From an uncultured bacterium (GTDB taxonomy: Bacteria; JAJVIF01; JAPKYR01; CAZSPL01): a DNA stretch of 25,165 bases. The DNA is taken from assembly GCA_965372275.1 (NCBI GenBank), contig CBDVBS010000001.1, forward strand, positions 1-25,165, read 5' to 3'. Each line of letters opens with the position of its first letter. Within the stretch, counting starts at the first letter, position 1. Both the position numbers and the translations under genes were made by a program. Positions 25,073 through 25,165 of this stretch are shown piece by piece. The notes below the pieces were generated by a model. The model ran no database searches, was not told where the DNA came from, and saw only the letters and a program-made list of their open reading frames with translations.

Positions 25073-25165
25073 ATCGGATTTATTTCATGAAAGCGGGCAG
25101 AGGTGGGGCCGTTGAAAAAGTAAGGATGTGCCGAAAAAATGGGACAGGCCTCAGTAGTGCAGGCG

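Noticed and set aside
25105-25165. GGCCGTTGAAAAAGT, resembling some IS termini, followed by a possible ATG at the window edge
   Set aside because: There is no partner inverted repeat or transposase in view; it needs the adjacent sequence.

Overview
Chromosomal window from a bacterium, probably an uncultured diderm, with about 16 real CDSs and no rRNA, tRNA, CRISPR array or transposase. It has four kinds of content. (i) Metabolic and housekeeping-like genes: a UDP-glucuronate-4-epimerase-like SDR, a divergent YchF-like NTPase, hisC, an Rrf2 regulator, a NAGPA-like phosphodiester glycosidase, and a COG2403 P-loop enzyme that is probably arginine synthetase ArcE. (ii) Large predicted lipoproteins (HEAT, LVIVD/propeller and two paralogues sharing an unnamed N-terminal domain, one of them frameshifted). 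(iii) Two stand-alone, AT-richer, defence-like genes: a DUF4268 nuclease-like gene and a DUF4062(TIR/NDT-like)-TPR gene whose nine 120-bp repeats vary at a few fixed codons. (iv) Intergenic regions filled with two REP-like palindrome families. The strongest leads are the DUF4062-TPR sensor-effector candidate, a DAH7P-synthase homologue lacking almost all catalytic residues, a LolA-like/FliL fusion coupled to a degenerate YchF, and a REP family with different stems but an invariant GAGTCTTCGA loop. All family assignments come from motif recognition by eye; no database search was run.
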